Virus record (IMG/VR): IMGVR_UViG_3300010352_001565
Location: 51,055-115,054 of that record
DNA length: 64,000 nucleotides
DNA from: a virus
Reading direction: 5' to 3' (one strand)
Shown here piece by piece: positions 54,851 to 63,760 of this stretch. The first letter of the stretch is position 1. Each line of letters opens with the position of its first letter. The notes beneath the pieces were generated by a model, which had not been told where the DNA came from, searched no databases, and saw only the letters and a program-made list of their open reading frames with translations. The translations under genes were made by a program, and so were the position numbers.

Positions 54851-55189
54851 ATGAAGACAAAGATATTTTACAAAGTGCGCCGCAAGGACGGGAAATACTA
54901 CAACCCGTCGAAACCAGGAAACCGAGTTGACCCTGCGTTCGACGACAAGGGGAAGCCATACGCCTCGTTCAAGCATGCGCAGCGAGCTCAGGAATTCTGC
55001 GCGTCTGCGGTAAACAACCACTGGGTCCCTGCCGTACCAAAGACGCCGGTCGAGACTGACATCATCAAGTTCTCGTTTGAAATCAAAGAGATTGGCGTGG
55101 TCACAGAGAAGATGCTGAAATGCTTGCATAAGCACAAGAAAGCAAGCAGCGACACCATCTGGTGCGAAGACTGCGGAAAGGCTTGGTAA
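54851..55189 (+). CDS. hypothetical protein
   Basis: ATG at 54851 (MKTKIFYKVRRKDGKYYNPSK). Confidence 0.55.
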   Translation: MKTKIFYKVRRKDGKYYNPSKPGNRVDPAFDDKGKPYASFKHAQRAQEFCASAVNNHWVPAVPKTPVETDIIKFSFEIKEIGVVTEKMLKCLHKHKKASSDTIWCEDCGKAW

Positions 55190-55192
55190 ACC

Positions 55193-55438
55193 ATGAAACT
55201 GAACCCCACACTCCGCCATTACATCTGGAACTTCTTGATGTTCGCCATGCTGCTCCTGGCGCTCCCGCTGTTTTACTGCGTGGTAGTGCTTCCAACCCAC
55301 GTCCTCACCTCTTACATCGCGCTCGTAGCGTCAGCAGTCGGTGTGCTTGCGGCGTTCACCGCATTTTACGAGCGATACCGCGTCTACAAATTGAACGAAG
55401 CCAGGCGAGCCCGCAAGCGCCGTTCTGCTCTGAAATGA
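55193..55438 (+). CDS. small two-TM membrane protein
   Basis: Hydrophobic FLMFAMLLLALPLFYCVVVL and IALVASAVGVLAAF. Confidence 0.5.
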   Translation: MKLNPTLRHYIWNFLMFAMLLLALPLFYCVVVLPTHVLTSYIALVASAVGVLAAFTAFYERYRVYKLNEARRARKRRSALK

Positions 55439-55558
55439 AGACAAATGGCAAAGGCGACGACTGGCGCAAATCAACCGACTTTAAGGCGTATCGCGACAGA
55501 TTCCCCAAATCGATGGGGCCGAAGCCACAACCGAAACAAAAAGTCCGAGTAACCCGTA

Positions 55559-55891
55559 ATGAAAGCAACGTTCCAAAAAATCCCTAAACCCACTGGAAAC
55601 GCCGGCGTAGGTCGGCTGCATCACCACGAAATCAAGGTCAAAGGCAAGAAGTGCGGCACGATCACCTTTGACGGCCAAGACAACGCCAACCCCAAGGGCA
55701 CCAACAAGTGGATCATCCGGCTCACAACCGTTGACCCGACTGCCCCGTGCGGATGGCGCTGGGTGACGATGCGCACCCGGTTCGACAACGACAACCTGGC
55801 CAAGAACTTCGTCGAGGAGAGCCTTGGCACGATCAACCGGGAGTACAAGCTCCACTTCATCCACGAGGGCCCGCAGCAACAAGCAGCATAA
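55559..55891 (+). CDS. hypothetical protein
   Basis: ATG at 55559. Confidence 0.5.
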   Translation: MKATFQKIPKPTGNAGVGRLHHHEIKVKGKKCGTITFDGQDNANPKGTNKWIIRLTTVDPTAPCGWRWVTMRTRFDNDNLAKNFVEESLGTINREYKLHFIHEGPQQQAA

Positions 55892-55897
55892 ATCTGT

Positions 55898-56458
55898 ATG
55901 GAAACATTCCCGCCTAATCCCGGCTCCCCTAAACCAATCCTGGGAGCAGCGTTCACTGCCGAGAAGTATGATCCAGCTCCTCCGACTGCGGCTGTTCCTC
56001 GCAAGGAGTTCAAGAGCTCTGATGGGTTCACCTTCGACGAGCTTGTCGAGCGCCGGCGCATCGCGGAGAAGGTCCAGCGCGAAGCCTACGAGCATCTGCA
56101 GCAGAAGATTAGCGAGCTGACGCCCGCCCAGTCTGCGCTCGCCGTGGCATGCCACAACGTGGTTCGGGAGGGAGTGTACATGCACCGCTGGATGAAGCAG
56201 TACGAGGCCCAGGAAGCGCAGCCGTGCCAATCATGCGGCTGCACGCCCGCCGAGAAGAATCCAGGCGAGTGCCCGCGCTGCTACGCCGAAGACCAGCTCC
56301 AGTTAGCCACCGCCATGCCAGACTGCCTCGCTGCGACGTTCAATGTTGCCCACGAATACATCGGTCATTTGAAAGGGGTTAGCGTCTCTGGCGCTGACCG
56401 AATCGCCGCTCAGGCGATGGTCGAAGCATTAACCAAATTCCTAGACGGACGCTCATGA
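55898..56458 (+). CDS. hypothetical protein
   Basis: 186-aa ORF with Cys pairs CQSCGC...CPRC. Confidence 0.55.
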   Translation: METFPPNPGSPKPILGAAFTAEKYDPAPPTAAVPRKEFKSSDGFTFDELVERRRIAEKVQREAYEHLQQKISELTPAQSALAVACHNVVREGVYMHRWMKQYEAQEAQPCQSCGCTPAEKNPGECPRCYAEDQLQLATAMPDCLAATFNVAHEYIGHLKGVSVSGADRIAAQAMVEALTKFLDGRS

Positions 56459-57327
56459 AAACCAAGAAAGTTATATTCCCATCGCAGATCACGCTGGTGG
56501 TCAATCGCAAAAATCTGAAGGACATCGGGCCGGTCAAAAACATCTTCATGGAGCTGGTCAAGCTCTGGATGAAGAAGCGCGGGTTGCCGATGCTCGACCA
56601 GTTTTCAAACCCGATGTACAAGGCATTTTCAGCAGCGTCGCTCGAGGTTACACAGTTCGACCCGAGGGTAGCTCCGAGAAAGCGCTGCTTGCACAACGGT
56701 TTCACCGCGCTGTACGTCTCAGGTAAGGGAAACGAGGAAGCAATTGCGGCAATAAACCGCTTCTATAAGGATGCTCAAGTTGGAAGTCTCGACCATCAAG
56801 CATTTCAAAAGGTTATCAAGCTGGTTGGGGACAGCGAATACGTCCTTGTGTACAACATCTTGCCGCCGATGAATGGGCTACCACGTCCATACGACGTCGT
56901 TCATGACACCGTCGACGCTCAGCTCGTGGAGCTCAGAGCTAGAACCGCGCAGCTCGAGCAGCTTAACAAGCAACACAACGAGCTTTCTCACTACGTTCAC
57001 AAGTCGTTTGACGAGTTTGCAGAGACGTTCAACCACTACATTCGTGCCCACGCGGAAAAGTTGCTGCGCTTCTCCCCGAACTACTGGGCAAAAGCTGTTC
57101 AGCTTCCAGAGCTTGGCAGAGGACGCGTTGCGATAAGACTTCCAGAAGAAGGACAGAGCGTTGTATACTTCACATTCGAGCTTGCTGGAGCGTACGGCGT
57201 CAACCTCCAAAAGTTTGCCAGCATCGAGATGGTCGCCAAATGGGTGCAGAACCTGATCCACAGCAAAACGCCGAAGAAGGAGCTCGATGCCTGGATCAAT
57301 CGCGGCTGGGTGACACCGATCAAATAA
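56455..57327 (+). CDS. hypothetical protein (paralog A of tandem pair)
   Basis: N-terminus MKTKKVIFPSQITLVVNRKNL...LVKLWMKKRG parallels that of the next gene. Confidence 0.6.
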   Translation: MKTKKVIFPSQITLVVNRKNLKDIGPVKNIFMELVKLWMKKRGLPMLDQFSNPMYKAFSAASLEVTQFDPRVAPRKRCLHNGFTALYVSGKGNEEAIAAINRFYKDAQVGSLDHQAFQKVIKLVGDSEYVLVYNILPPMNGLPRPYDVVHDTVDAQLVELRARTAQLEQLNKQHNELSHYVHKSFDEFAETFNHYIRAHAEKLLRFSPNYWAKAVQLPELGRGRVAIRLPEEGQSVVYFTFELAGAYGVNLQKFASIEMVAKWVQNLIHSKTPKKELDAWINRGWVTPIK

Positions 57328-57358
57328 GTGTTTACAAATTTCCGTAGATTGATATAGT
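57321..57358 (+). promoter_or_regulatory. repeated promoter cassette copy 6 (UP part overlaps upstream stop)
   Basis: CAAATAAGTGTTTACA, TTTACA 57331-57336, TGATATAGT to 57358. ATG 57368. Confidence 0.65.
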
Positions 57359-57367
57359 AGGGGTCGT

Positions 57368-58282
57368 ATGAAGAAATCATTCCCATCACGGGTGGTGCTG
57401 AAGGTGAACCGCAAGGTCCTTCTTGCAATGAACCAGTCCGATAGCTCGAATCTAGTTGTGGCTCTCCTGAAGCGCTGGATGGCTGAGCGCGGCTACGCTT
57501 TGAAGGACAGGCACGGAAACGCATGCTACAACCACTGGACGTCCGGTCGCGTAGCTGTGGCGCAGCTTGACTACCGAAAGGAGATGAAGTTCACCGCCAT
57601 CTACGACAAAGTCGACGGGAACATTCATGCAATCAACGCCCTCCAAGGAATGATCAACGAGGCGAACACAAACGTCAAAGGGTCTTACACTCCAGCCGAC
57701 ATCGTCAAGAGCTACCGCAAAATGGCAGAGCTGATCGGCAACATCGAGTATCACATGGAGTTCATCGCCAACCCGAACCCACGCTTTGACTTTGTTCCAG
57801 ACAACGTCGAGGACGGCATCGGGTCTGGCAATGGCAGATCGATGGCAGAACTTCAGGCGTGCTACGCCACAGCGCAGCGGGCTGAGCGCGAACTAACCCA
57901 GCGCATGGAAGCGGCGGCTGTAAAGCTGCGCAAGTTCATCGCTGATCTTAACAGCGCTCTCGGGAAGCTGAGCACCAGCGACACCACTGACCACGGCTTT
58001 TTGTGCGAGAACGGGCACGGCGACAGCAACCCATTCTTCAACCCATCCTATTTCAACCACCACAACAACAAGATCTACTTCACCGCCGGTATCCCGCGCA
58101 CCGGCCAGTCAATGCTGCTGCTCAACGTAGCCGACCGCACAGGAGCAATCTGCGCGAATGGCCGACACTTCGTGGACCTGAGCCGCTTCGCGAGCATTAA
58201 GGAGCTCGCCCGCGAGATCAACTCGCTGATGAATGACACGTCGACCCTGACGCAGTGGAAGGAGAAAGGTTACATCAAATGA
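57368..58282 (+). CDS. hypothetical protein (paralog B of tandem pair)
   Basis: MKKSFPSRVVLKVNRKVL...LLKRWMAERG. Confidence 0.6.
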   Translation: MKKSFPSRVVLKVNRKVLLAMNQSDSSNLVVALLKRWMAERGYALKDRHGNACYNHWTSGRVAVAQLDYRKEMKFTAIYDKVDGNIHAINALQGMINEANTNVKGSYTPADIVKSYRKMAELIGNIEYHMEFIANPNPRFDFVPDNVEDGIGSGNGRSMAELQACYATAQRAERELTQRMEAAAVKLRKFIADLNSALGKLSTSDTTDHGFLCENGHGDSNPFFNPSYFNHHNNKIYFTAGIPRTGQSMLLLNVADRTGAICANGRHFVDLSRFASIKELAREINSLMNDTSTLTQWKEKGYIK

Positions 58283-58497
58283 AATCGCTCGCGGCTTTAA
58301 TGGACGACGCAAAGAGGCAGCGGGACTGCATGGACAACCCACGCACCTTCTTGGCGCTGTTTCCGACAGGACCACGCAACGGAAGATTCATCGACCCGTA
58401 TCTCGCGCTAGTCGAGATTGATGGGATCGGGATCTCTTCGTTCCCGCGTGACCTGTTACACGAAACTCAAGCAACCTGGGCAGACGAAAAGGACTGA
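58279..58497 (+). CDS. hypothetical protein
   Basis: ATG at 58279. Confidence 0.45.
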   Translation: MKSLAALMDDAKRQRDCMDNPRTFLALFPTGPRNGRFIDPYLALVEIDGIGISSFPRDLLHETQATWADEKD

Positions 58498-58498
58498 T

Positions 58499-58777
58499 AT
58501 GAAAAACAAACAGATGTCGCGAGACGAGCTGATTACGCTGCGAGACCAGATCAAGGACATCCTTGACCAAGTCGAGCGATTGATCTCTCCAGACTGCGAG
58601 TGCGGGCACGACTGGGACAATCCTGGTGGAACCGAGCGCCGTCGCAACAAGGGCGGAAACTGGGTCGAACACACTGGAGGGAAGACAGGCCACTGGGAAG
58701 GCGGCACCAACATCGTCGAGTACGTCCGCACATGCAAACGTTGCGGAGTCGAAGAGGTCGTTTCAACCTACGCATAA
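58499..58777 (+). CDS. hypothetical zinc-binding protein
   Basis: ATG at 58499. CECGHDWDN...CKRCG. Confidence 0.5.
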   Translation: MKNKQMSRDELITLRDQIKDILDQVERLISPDCECGHDWDNPGGTERRRNKGGNWVEHTGGKTGHWEGGTNIVEYVRTCKRCGVEEVVSTYA

Positions 58778-58781
58778 TGCT

Positions 58782-59504
58782 ATGAAAGAAGCCTGTGAAA
58801 TAAGCCCAATGTTCAGAGACGTCATTCTCGACAGAGAGGAGTTCCAGGCGGCGCTGTACGCGAGAGCCAAGGTGCCGCACTACCCGACACTCAGCTTCCA
58901 CGCTGATGTACCTGGGAATCCTGACCACCGAGGAGGTCTAATCCTTGAAGGAGTCATCGTCGACTCTCTGACCGTGCGCTATTCAACGACCGACGGGCGC
59001 CCAGTCCTGAGCGTCAACCTGAACTCGCCCGAAAGAGTCCAGCTCAGCGTCAACAACATCCGCTGTTTCCAGGTCAGGACCGCGCGCTACTGGAACGAAG
59101 CGCATCCACTGACAGCAACGTTCCACCGCATCGTCGCGCACAAGAGCTCTCAGCCTGGACGTCCTGATTGGCTCAAGACGCTTGTCGAGCGATTCAATGC
59201 TGCGCATCCACGCCAGGAAAAGAAGCGCGTGCGAAAAGCAGCGATGCCGAAGAAATGGAGCCGTGAAAAGATCCAGGACCAGTTTACAGGATTGCTTAAA
59301 AAGGATGGCACTCCGATGTCCCGCCAGCAGCTCCACATCCTGCGCAAGAAGGCCAAGGGTCTCTGTGTAGTGTGCAGCAAGCCTGCTCTCGGCATCCACT
59401 GCCTGGAACACTCAGTCGAAGCCCGGGAGCGCCAACGCAAGATCAACAAGTCCCGCAAGCGCCTGAAAAACGCCATGAGCTACAAAGCGGAAAGGGAAGC
59501 ATGA
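58782..59504 (+). CDS. hypothetical protein with basic C-terminus
   Basis: ATG at 58782. Confidence 0.5.
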   Translation: MKEACEISPMFRDVILDREEFQAALYARAKVPHYPTLSFHADVPGNPDHRGGLILEGVIVDSLTVRYSTTDGRPVLSVNLNSPERVQLSVNNIRCFQVRTARYWNEAHPLTATFHRIVAHKSSQPGRPDWLKTLVERFNAAHPRQEKKRVRKAAMPKKWSREKIQDQFTGLLKKDGTPMSRQQLHILRKKAKGLCVVCSKPALGIHCLEHSVEARERQRKINKSRKRLKNAMSYKAEREA

Positions 59505-59695
59505 ATGGAATGACTCCAACTAGAGACGAAAATGAGATGTTCACCGAGGCCGACAGCATCACCTATTATGACCCAGGACAGGGCTCAATTCTAAGGAGAG
59601 ACTCGGACAAAGAGTTTGTTCTGACGCTGGGGAACGGAGGCCACATCAGGCTTGTCAGCGAAACTCCGATTAAAGCTTTTTTAAAGGCTGAGTAA
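59501..59695 (+). CDS. small hypothetical protein
   Basis: ATG at 59501. Confidence 0.45.
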   Translation: MNGMTPTRDENEMFTEADSITYYDPGQGSILRRDSDKEFVLTLGNGGHIRLVSETPIKAFLKAE

Positions 59696-59907
59696 TGAGC
59701 GGATTCTTATTTGACAGCTTTGAAAACCTGCGCCAGCGCGTCAACGAGCTGCTTCCTCAAGAGCAGGACGCACTGCGCGAGCACCGCTCGCTTTACCTGG
59801 AATGCATGTGCAGCCCGGGCAAGCTGCTGAAGGACCGCGAGACTCTACAGGAACTAAGGGACGGCATCCTGCTGTTCGGCGTGTACGAAACCTGCAAACC
59901 AAAATGA
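59695..59907 (+). CDS. small hypothetical protein
   Basis: 70-aa ORF. Confidence 0.45.
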   Translation: MSGFLFDSFENLRQRVNELLPQEQDALREHRSLYLECMCSPGKLLKDRETLQELRDGILLFGVYETCKPK

Positions 59908-60116
59908 ACCAACTAGTCAAGCTTGAAAACTCGCAGGGACGCCACGTCTGGCTCAACCCTGAAACAGTCGCAAGTATCCAGGTCACAGAGAGATCTCGCG
60001 ACATCACCGAGGTGAAGCTCATGAGTGGCGAGGTCGGGAATTACAGAGGGACTCCGGACGCATTCCTGCTGACTCTGCGCTTGGGTGTAAGTCAGATGCC
60101 AACCTCTGAGAGATGA
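59904..60116 (+). CDS. small hypothetical protein
   Basis: ATG at 59904. Confidence 0.45.
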   Translation: MNQLVKLENSQGRHVWLNPETVASIQVTERSRDITEVKLMSGEVGNYRGTPDAFLLTLRLGVSQMPTSER

Positions 60117-61498
60117 TTGCAAATCCGTGCAGGTTCGATTCCTGCCGCGTTCGCCATAGTTATGGCATGCCCGCAAAGGACATTCTAGCCCAGCTGATTG
60201 GAGAGTCGGTCACATACCGGCTTCCCCAATCTAAAAACGTCCTCTTCTACGATTTCTACGTTCTCTCGTACCTTCGCAGCCTGAACCTCGATCCCACGTC
60301 AAAGGACTCCAGGGCGTCATTCTTCGGCGGCGAGGTGAAAGAGGATGTCGATCACGCCGTCCAGGTGCTGGTCCCCTACCTCCGTCAGAACCTCCTCGAC
60401 GCTACATTCCTGAGCATCTGCGCTGAGATCCGCCACAGCCTCACTGAGCTTCCTGAGTGGAAGCAGTTGGCCAGGAAAATGCCAATGATGTTTGACTACG
60501 CTCGGAACTATCTTTCCAAGCACGCAGGCATGCTTCGCCATACTGGAGAGCCATACCCGGTCAGAGGGAATTCAAAGAGCTATGACGATTCAGTCGTGGC
60601 GGCGCTTCGCACGATCAGAGACAGGCAGTCAAGCAAGCGCGAGTTCGTGTTTAATTGCCGCAAGATGTTCGCGTCAGGGGGCTGGTCGGCTGATTACGGC
60701 GGCAGACCGTGGGCCGGCATCTGCGACGCCTGGATTCGCTTGCACGACACCAACCCTGGAGATCCGAGCGCGAACTTCGTCAGCATCGACCACCTGTTCG
60801 ATATGCAGCACAACACGGGCACGGTGCTCAACAAGGTGAAGGAGTACGCGATCGACGGAGGATATAGCTGGCTTTCACGCGGTCTCGACAACAAGGCCAA
60901 GGTCTCGTCTATCCGGCTGCTGCTTCCAAACTGCTCAAGCGACATGCAACGTCTAGCGGCGAAAACGCTGAAGACGGGCGGAGAGCCAGAGATTCAAAAG
61001 CCTAAGGACTGGCCAAAGTACTTCCAATACGGAGCAACGCTGTTCAAAGCCGAATCTGCAACGTGCAAAGGTTTTTGGTACAAGGACGCGACAAGTGAGT
61101 GGATCCCACGGTTGTCACCAGAGTCGCTCTTTGACTACGCGAAGAGGCACAACTTTAGGGCGCTTACTCCTAAGGACGTGGCCGTAAGCTTTCCGTGCGC
61201 TATTGGCTACAGCAAGCAGTACACTGGGTATGACGCCAAGAAGGCAAAGTATACCAGCGCCGAAGATGAAGAAGAGCGGCGCGATCCTCCGCCTCGCGTC
61301 CACGGCCACGCGCATGTAACATTCCTTCACGACGGAAAGACCTATGACCTGGTGTACTCGCACTTCTGCGGCGGGACGCTGATCCGGCTTCCGAAAGAGC
61401 TCGGTGGAAATTGGGGAACCTACTACAAGGGCGAGATCAAGGACGGAAAAGTGATTCACAGGATCGGCCCAGTTGACTTCAACAGCGGGCACAAGTGA
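60113..61498 (+). CDS. hypothetical protein (461 aa)
   Basis: Long ORF. No motif recognised. Confidence 0.6.
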   Translation: MIANPCRFDSCRVRHSYGMPAKDILAQLIGESVTYRLPQSKNVLFYDFYVLSYLRSLNLDPTSKDSRASFFGGEVKEDVDHAVQVLVPYLRQNLLDATFLSICAEIRHSLTELPEWKQLARKMPMMFDYARNYLSKHAGMLRHTGEPYPVRGNSKSYDDSVVAALRTIRDRQSSKREFVFNCRKMFASGGWSADYGGRPWAGICDAWIRLHDTNPGDPSANFVSIDHLFDMQHNTGTVLNKVKEYAIDGGYSWLSRGLDNKAKVSSIRLLLPNCSSDMQRLAAKTLKTGGEPEIQKPKDWPKYFQYGATLFKAESATCKGFWYKDATSEWIPRLSPESLFDYAKRHNFRALTPKDVAVSFPCAIGYSKQYTGYDAKKAKYTSAEDEEERRDPPPRVHGHAHVTFLHDGKTYDLVYSHFCGGTLIRLPKELGGNWGTYYKGEIKDGKVIHRIGPVDFNSGHK

Positions 61499-61506
61499 TT
61501 CTCTAG

Positions 61507-62892
61507 TTGGTGAGAATCTTAGTTTTAGCCATTGCTAGCATCGCGCTCGTCTGCAACGCGTCCACGAACATCGTCATCGACTGCTCTAAAATTGTCGGCG
61601 AGTTCAAACCCCTAAACAGCATCAACGGCGGCATCCTCGTTAAGGATGGCACATACGACCTGACCGAGCCGAGCAAGAAGGCTGCTTTCCCGATGTTCCG
61701 CCTCCACGACTGCGTCTTCGCCTACCACGAGGTGGTTGATGTCCACTGCATCTTCAGAGACTTTAGGAACGACCCGTCGAATCCGGACAACTACTTCTTT
61801 GCGAGGACTGACGATTACCTGCTTCCAATCCTGACCAACGGCTTCAAGGTGGTTTACCGGCTTGGAGAGAGCATCGAGCACACTCCCAAGAAGTACTTCA
61901 TAAACGCGCCTGATCCGCACAAGTGGGCTGAGATCTGCAAGGGAATCATCCGTCACTACAACCACGGCTGGGCTAACGGGTTTCACTACGGAATCGTCTA
62001 CTGGGAGATCTGGAGCGAGCCAGAGAACTACCTCAACTGGAAGGGAAGCGATGAGGCGTACTTTCAGCTGTACGACATCGCCTCAAAGGAGATCAAGAAG
62101 GAGTTCCCGTACGTGAAGATAGGCGGTCCGTCAATGGGTAACCCTTGCATTCCTAGAGACAACTACTGGGTCATCCAGTCGTTCACTGCATCATTTTTGG
62201 AATACTGCCGTGCGCGCAGGTCTCCGATCGACTTCTTCTCGTGGCACAACTACTCTAACAGCCCTTACGAAGTCTGCTCAAAGGCCAAGGTCATCAGAGA
62301 GGCGCTGAACAACTACGGATACACCAACTCTGAGTCGCACCTGAATGAGTGGGGCCACCTGCCTGGAAACAGCTGGGAGGGACACATCTCTAAATCTCAC
62401 AAGGAGGCTCAGAAGTGGTCAGAACGTGTGAACAGCTTCGACGGCGCCGCTTATACAATGGCGGTCATGCTGGATGGCCAGGATGCACCAATAGACGCTG
62501 CGTTCACCTTCAACTCGGACACCGGAAGATTCGGCATTTACGACCAGTGGGGAACGCCGCGGCCGACGTGGTACGCGCTGCAAGCCTTCAGCTGGGTGCT
62601 GTCTGGCACCAACATCAGGATCAAGACCACAAATCAGGACCGCGTCTCGGTCGGTGCTGGTGTTTCAAAGGATAAGAGTAAAGTGCAAGTCCTCGTCAGC
62701 CACCGCGCCAACCCTGAGAAGCTCTCGCTGAGCGTCACCAACCTGCCGTGGTCTGGGCAGTCTATCGTCGAGGTGTTTGAGGTGACAGAGGACAGCTTGG
62801 CTCCGATCTTCAAGCGCAGCATGGGAAGCGTCTCCGTTCCGCTTACTCTCTCATCCTCATCTGTCGTGCTCATTCGGGTCATGCCAAAATAG
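61507..62892 (+). CDS. secreted glycoside hydrolase, clan GH-A (GH39/GH30-like) - candidate polysaccharide depolymerase
   Basis: Signal peptide ILVLAIASIALVCNAS. Clan-A catalytic acid motif VYWEIWSEPEN. TTG/GTG start. Its stop TAG lies inside the next promoter's UP element. Confidence 0.65.
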   Translation: MVRILVLAIASIALVCNASTNIVIDCSKIVGEFKPLNSINGGILVKDGTYDLTEPSKKAAFPMFRLHDCVFAYHEVVDVHCIFRDFRNDPSNPDNYFFARTDDYLLPILTNGFKVVYRLGESIEHTPKKYFINAPDPHKWAEICKGIIRHYNHGWANGFHYGIVYWEIWSEPENYLNWKGSDEAYFQLYDIASKEIKKEFPYVKIGGPSMGNPCIPRDNYWVIQSFTASFLEYCRARRSPIDFFSWHNYSNSPYEVCSKAKVIREALNNYGYTNSESHLNEWGHLPGNSWEGHISKSHKEAQKWSERVNSFDGAAYTMAVMLDGQDAPIDAAFTFNSDTGRFGIYDQWGTPRPTWYALQAFSWVLSGTNIRIKTTNQDRVSVGAGVSKDKSKVQVLVSHRANPEKLSLSVTNLPWSGQSIVEVFEVTEDSLAPIFKRSMGSVSVPLTLSSSSVVLIRVMPK

Positions 62893-62933
62893 TTGCAAAT
62901 AAATGTTTACATTTTTGCGTATCGTGATATAGT
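62886..62933 (+). promoter_or_regulatory. repeated promoter cassette copy 7
   Basis: AAAATAGTTGCAAATAAATG, TTTACA 62906-62911, TGATATAGT to 62933. No ATG follows for ~117 nt. Confidence 0.7.
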
Positions 62934-62939
62934 GCTCCC

Positions 62940-63050
62940 ATCGACGGTGAAAGTAGTCGGGTGACTACACCTGAAAGCATCTCCGCCCGAAAGGACGGAG
63001 GGATGAACTGAGGGAGAGCGGGTTCGAGTCCCGGTATCGTCGTCATTAAC
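62940..63050 (+). ncRNA. structured ~110-nt leader or small RNA with tRNA-like T-arm
   Basis: Hairpins GTAGTC-GGGTG-GACTAC and CTCCGCC-cGAAAg-GACGGAG. T-arm-like GCGGG-TTCGAGT-CCCGG at 63018-63034. The flanking GACGGTG (62943-62949) can pair with TATCGTC (63035-63041) as an acceptor-like stem. No anticodon arm. Confidence 0.25.
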
Positions 63051-63758
63051 ATGAAACGCTATTACTACGCCATCCTGCACACTCCGAGTCCTTATATGAA
63101 ATCGCCTGAGGCGGTTATCATGGACCAGCACCCCATTGACTGGCTGATCGCGCGCAGCAAGCTCGCGCCAGACGAAGAAGCCATCCCTCCTGCAGAGGTT
63201 GAGTACACTGTCTCATTCTGGTGCGAAGTCACTGAAGAGCAGTTCAAAGCCTGGAACGGCGAGCGCGTCAAGAACATCTTGAACCAGATTCCATTTGAGT
63301 TCAACACCGGTGAAGTTATTGACCCGCAGGGATGGAGCGACGACCGCTCTCCGTTCACCGTCGTCCACCGCACGCGATACAAGGATTTTGACGAAGAAGT
63401 CGACATCTACTTCCTGTCGTCCAACGCCGCCGAGAACGGCGACGCGTTCAACAACGCGATCCTGAAGCACCGCCGCGAGAAAGGCACGTTCGAGCTTCTG
63501 GACTTGGACGGTCAGTTCGTTTCTCCATCACTCGAGATCTTCGACACATCCATCAAAATCGACTCAAGCGTACGACCCGCGGACATGAAAAAACCTGCAG
63601 AGGAGAAAGCGATCGACGCGGAAACCGTGGACTTGCACGCCATGTCGAGCGACGACCTGGTCCAGGACTTCGTGGACGAGCTTGCCAGCGATTCAATTGT
63701 CACTAAAAACCGCGCCAACAAAATCCGAGCTGAAATCCTTCGCCGCCTGAAATCCTAA
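63051..63758 (+). CDS. hypothetical acidic protein
   Basis: 235-aa ORF after the structured leader. Confidence 0.55.
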   Translation: MKRYYYAILHTPSPYMKSPEAVIMDQHPIDWLIARSKLAPDEEAIPPAEVEYTVSFWCEVTEEQFKAWNGERVKNILNQIPFEFNTGEVIDPQGWSDDRSPFTVVHRTRYKDFDEEVDIYFLSSNAAENGDAFNNAILKHRREKGTFELLDLDGQFVSPSLEIFDTSIKIDSSVRPADMKKPAEEKAIDAETVDLHAMSSDDLVQDFVDELASDSIVTKNRANKIRAEILRRLKS

Positions 63759-63760
63759 TT

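Noticed and set aside
55481-56230. 249-aa minus-strand ORF
   Set aside because: Antisense to two well-formed + genes and Arg/Leu-rich.
63018-63042. Canonical tRNA gene at the GGTTCGAGTCC motif
   Set aside because: No anticodon stem-loop or D-arm of proper geometry within 75-90 nt. Retained only as a tRNA-like structured leader candidate.
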